Made by a program: the position numbers and the translations under genes. From the IMG/VR virus record IMGVR_UViG_3300030330_000362, positions 1 to 43,894 of that record: 43,894 nt of DNA; one strand, 5' to 3'. Each line of letters opens with the position of its first letter. The first letter of the stretch is position 1. The notes under the pieces were generated by a model. The model made no database searches, was not told where the DNA came from, and worked only from the letters and a program-made list of their open reading frames with translations. Positions 43,261-43,894 of this stretch are shown piece by piece. The DNA is from a virus. Its lineage: Duplodnaviria; Caudoviricetes.

Positions 43261-43894
43261 TACATCCAGTTCTCTAACTGGTGTTTGGAGATTCCACGAG
43301 CTTCTCTTTTTTGGTCTAAACTCATCCCCATCACAAGATGATTAGCCTCGCTCTGAGGGTCATCCATCCAAGCCTCTAGATGGTCTAACCACTCGTTGTC
43401 TTTTCTGTCTTGTATCTCTACTTCAGCTGAGAGGGCAAGGGCATCTGTAAACCATTTAACTCCTTGGGCAAGGGAGTCAATTCTATCATCGTGTCTAACG
43501 GCACCTTTTTCTCTGCACATCCTGCTAATTTGGTAAGCCAACATATATTGGTGTCTATTTTCAGACGCCTCATCAGCATTTGAAGCATAATCCCATTCAA
43601 TGACGGCTGGATCAACCACAAGCCTATGCTGATTAAAGACAGGCTCGAGAGCGTCAATAATACGGTCTTCTTTACGGACATTAGCTCTAGTCTCCTCTAT
43701 GTTAATGTTTGTCTTTGTCGTTTGACAGTGTTTTCTAAATAGCTCTGATACAATACCATCGCCAAAGTTGCTCTCGATGAGCAGCGTAGACACGCCATAT
43801 TTTTTACATTTCTTAAGTATTGTTAGTAAAGTTTTATCACTATATCCGTCTTTGGTTGCAAACACTTCATGTAGGTATATTATACCGTTAAGTT
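43260..43894 (-). CDS. terL: Terminase large subunit, C-terminal nuclease part
   Basis: IESNFGDG, KEDRIIDALEP, HDDRIDSLA motifs; continuation of 1..1280. Confidence 0.95.
   Translation of the reverse strand, partial: LNGIIYLHEVFATKDGYSDKTLLTILKKCKKYGVSTLLIESNFGDGIVSELFRKHCQTTKTNINIEETRANVRKEDRIIDALEPVFNQHRLVVDPAVIEWDYASNADEASENRHQYMLAYQISRMCREKGAVRHDDRIDSLAQGVKWFTDALALSAEVEIQDRKDNEWLDHLEAWMDDPQSEANHLVMGMSLDQKREARGISKHQLENWM
43708..43894. repeat. Terminal overlap copy 2
   Basis: Matches 1..187 with 3 substitutions. Confidence 0.97.

Overview
This window is an essentially complete (~43.7 kb unique) T7-like marine cyanopodovirus genome of the P-SSP7 type, probably infecting Prochlorococcus. 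Every convincing gene lies on the minus strand. The contig is circularly permuted inside the large terminase gene: 1..187 recurs at 43708..43894 with three synonymous differences. Reading in transcription order (high to low coordinates), it starts with a non-coding end region holding tandem sigma70 promoters, then a GC-rich cassette with an HhH-glycosylase-like gene and a C5-methyltransferase-like gene, and small early ORFs, one ending in a CP12-like motif. Next come RNA polymerase, SSB, endonuclease I, primase/helicase, a DNA polymerase split into two overlapping ORFs, exonuclease, RNR alpha and beta, portal and scaffold. An accessory island follows, then capsid, tail tube, internal virion proteins, two tail fibres, membrane/secreted proteins, small terminase, HNH and large terminase. 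The island between scaffold and capsid is the most unusual part. It holds a translationally coupled chain of about 7 tiny Lys/Arg-rich ORFs, hli, and a C-terminally truncated ndhI where psbA usually sits. It then has a glutamine-II (Downstream-peptide) riboswitch with its YRG peptide, a tRNA-like cloverleaf lacking a D-arm, and a structured capsid leader. No psbA, talC or integrase is recognisable. All calls come from motif recognition by eye; no searches were run.
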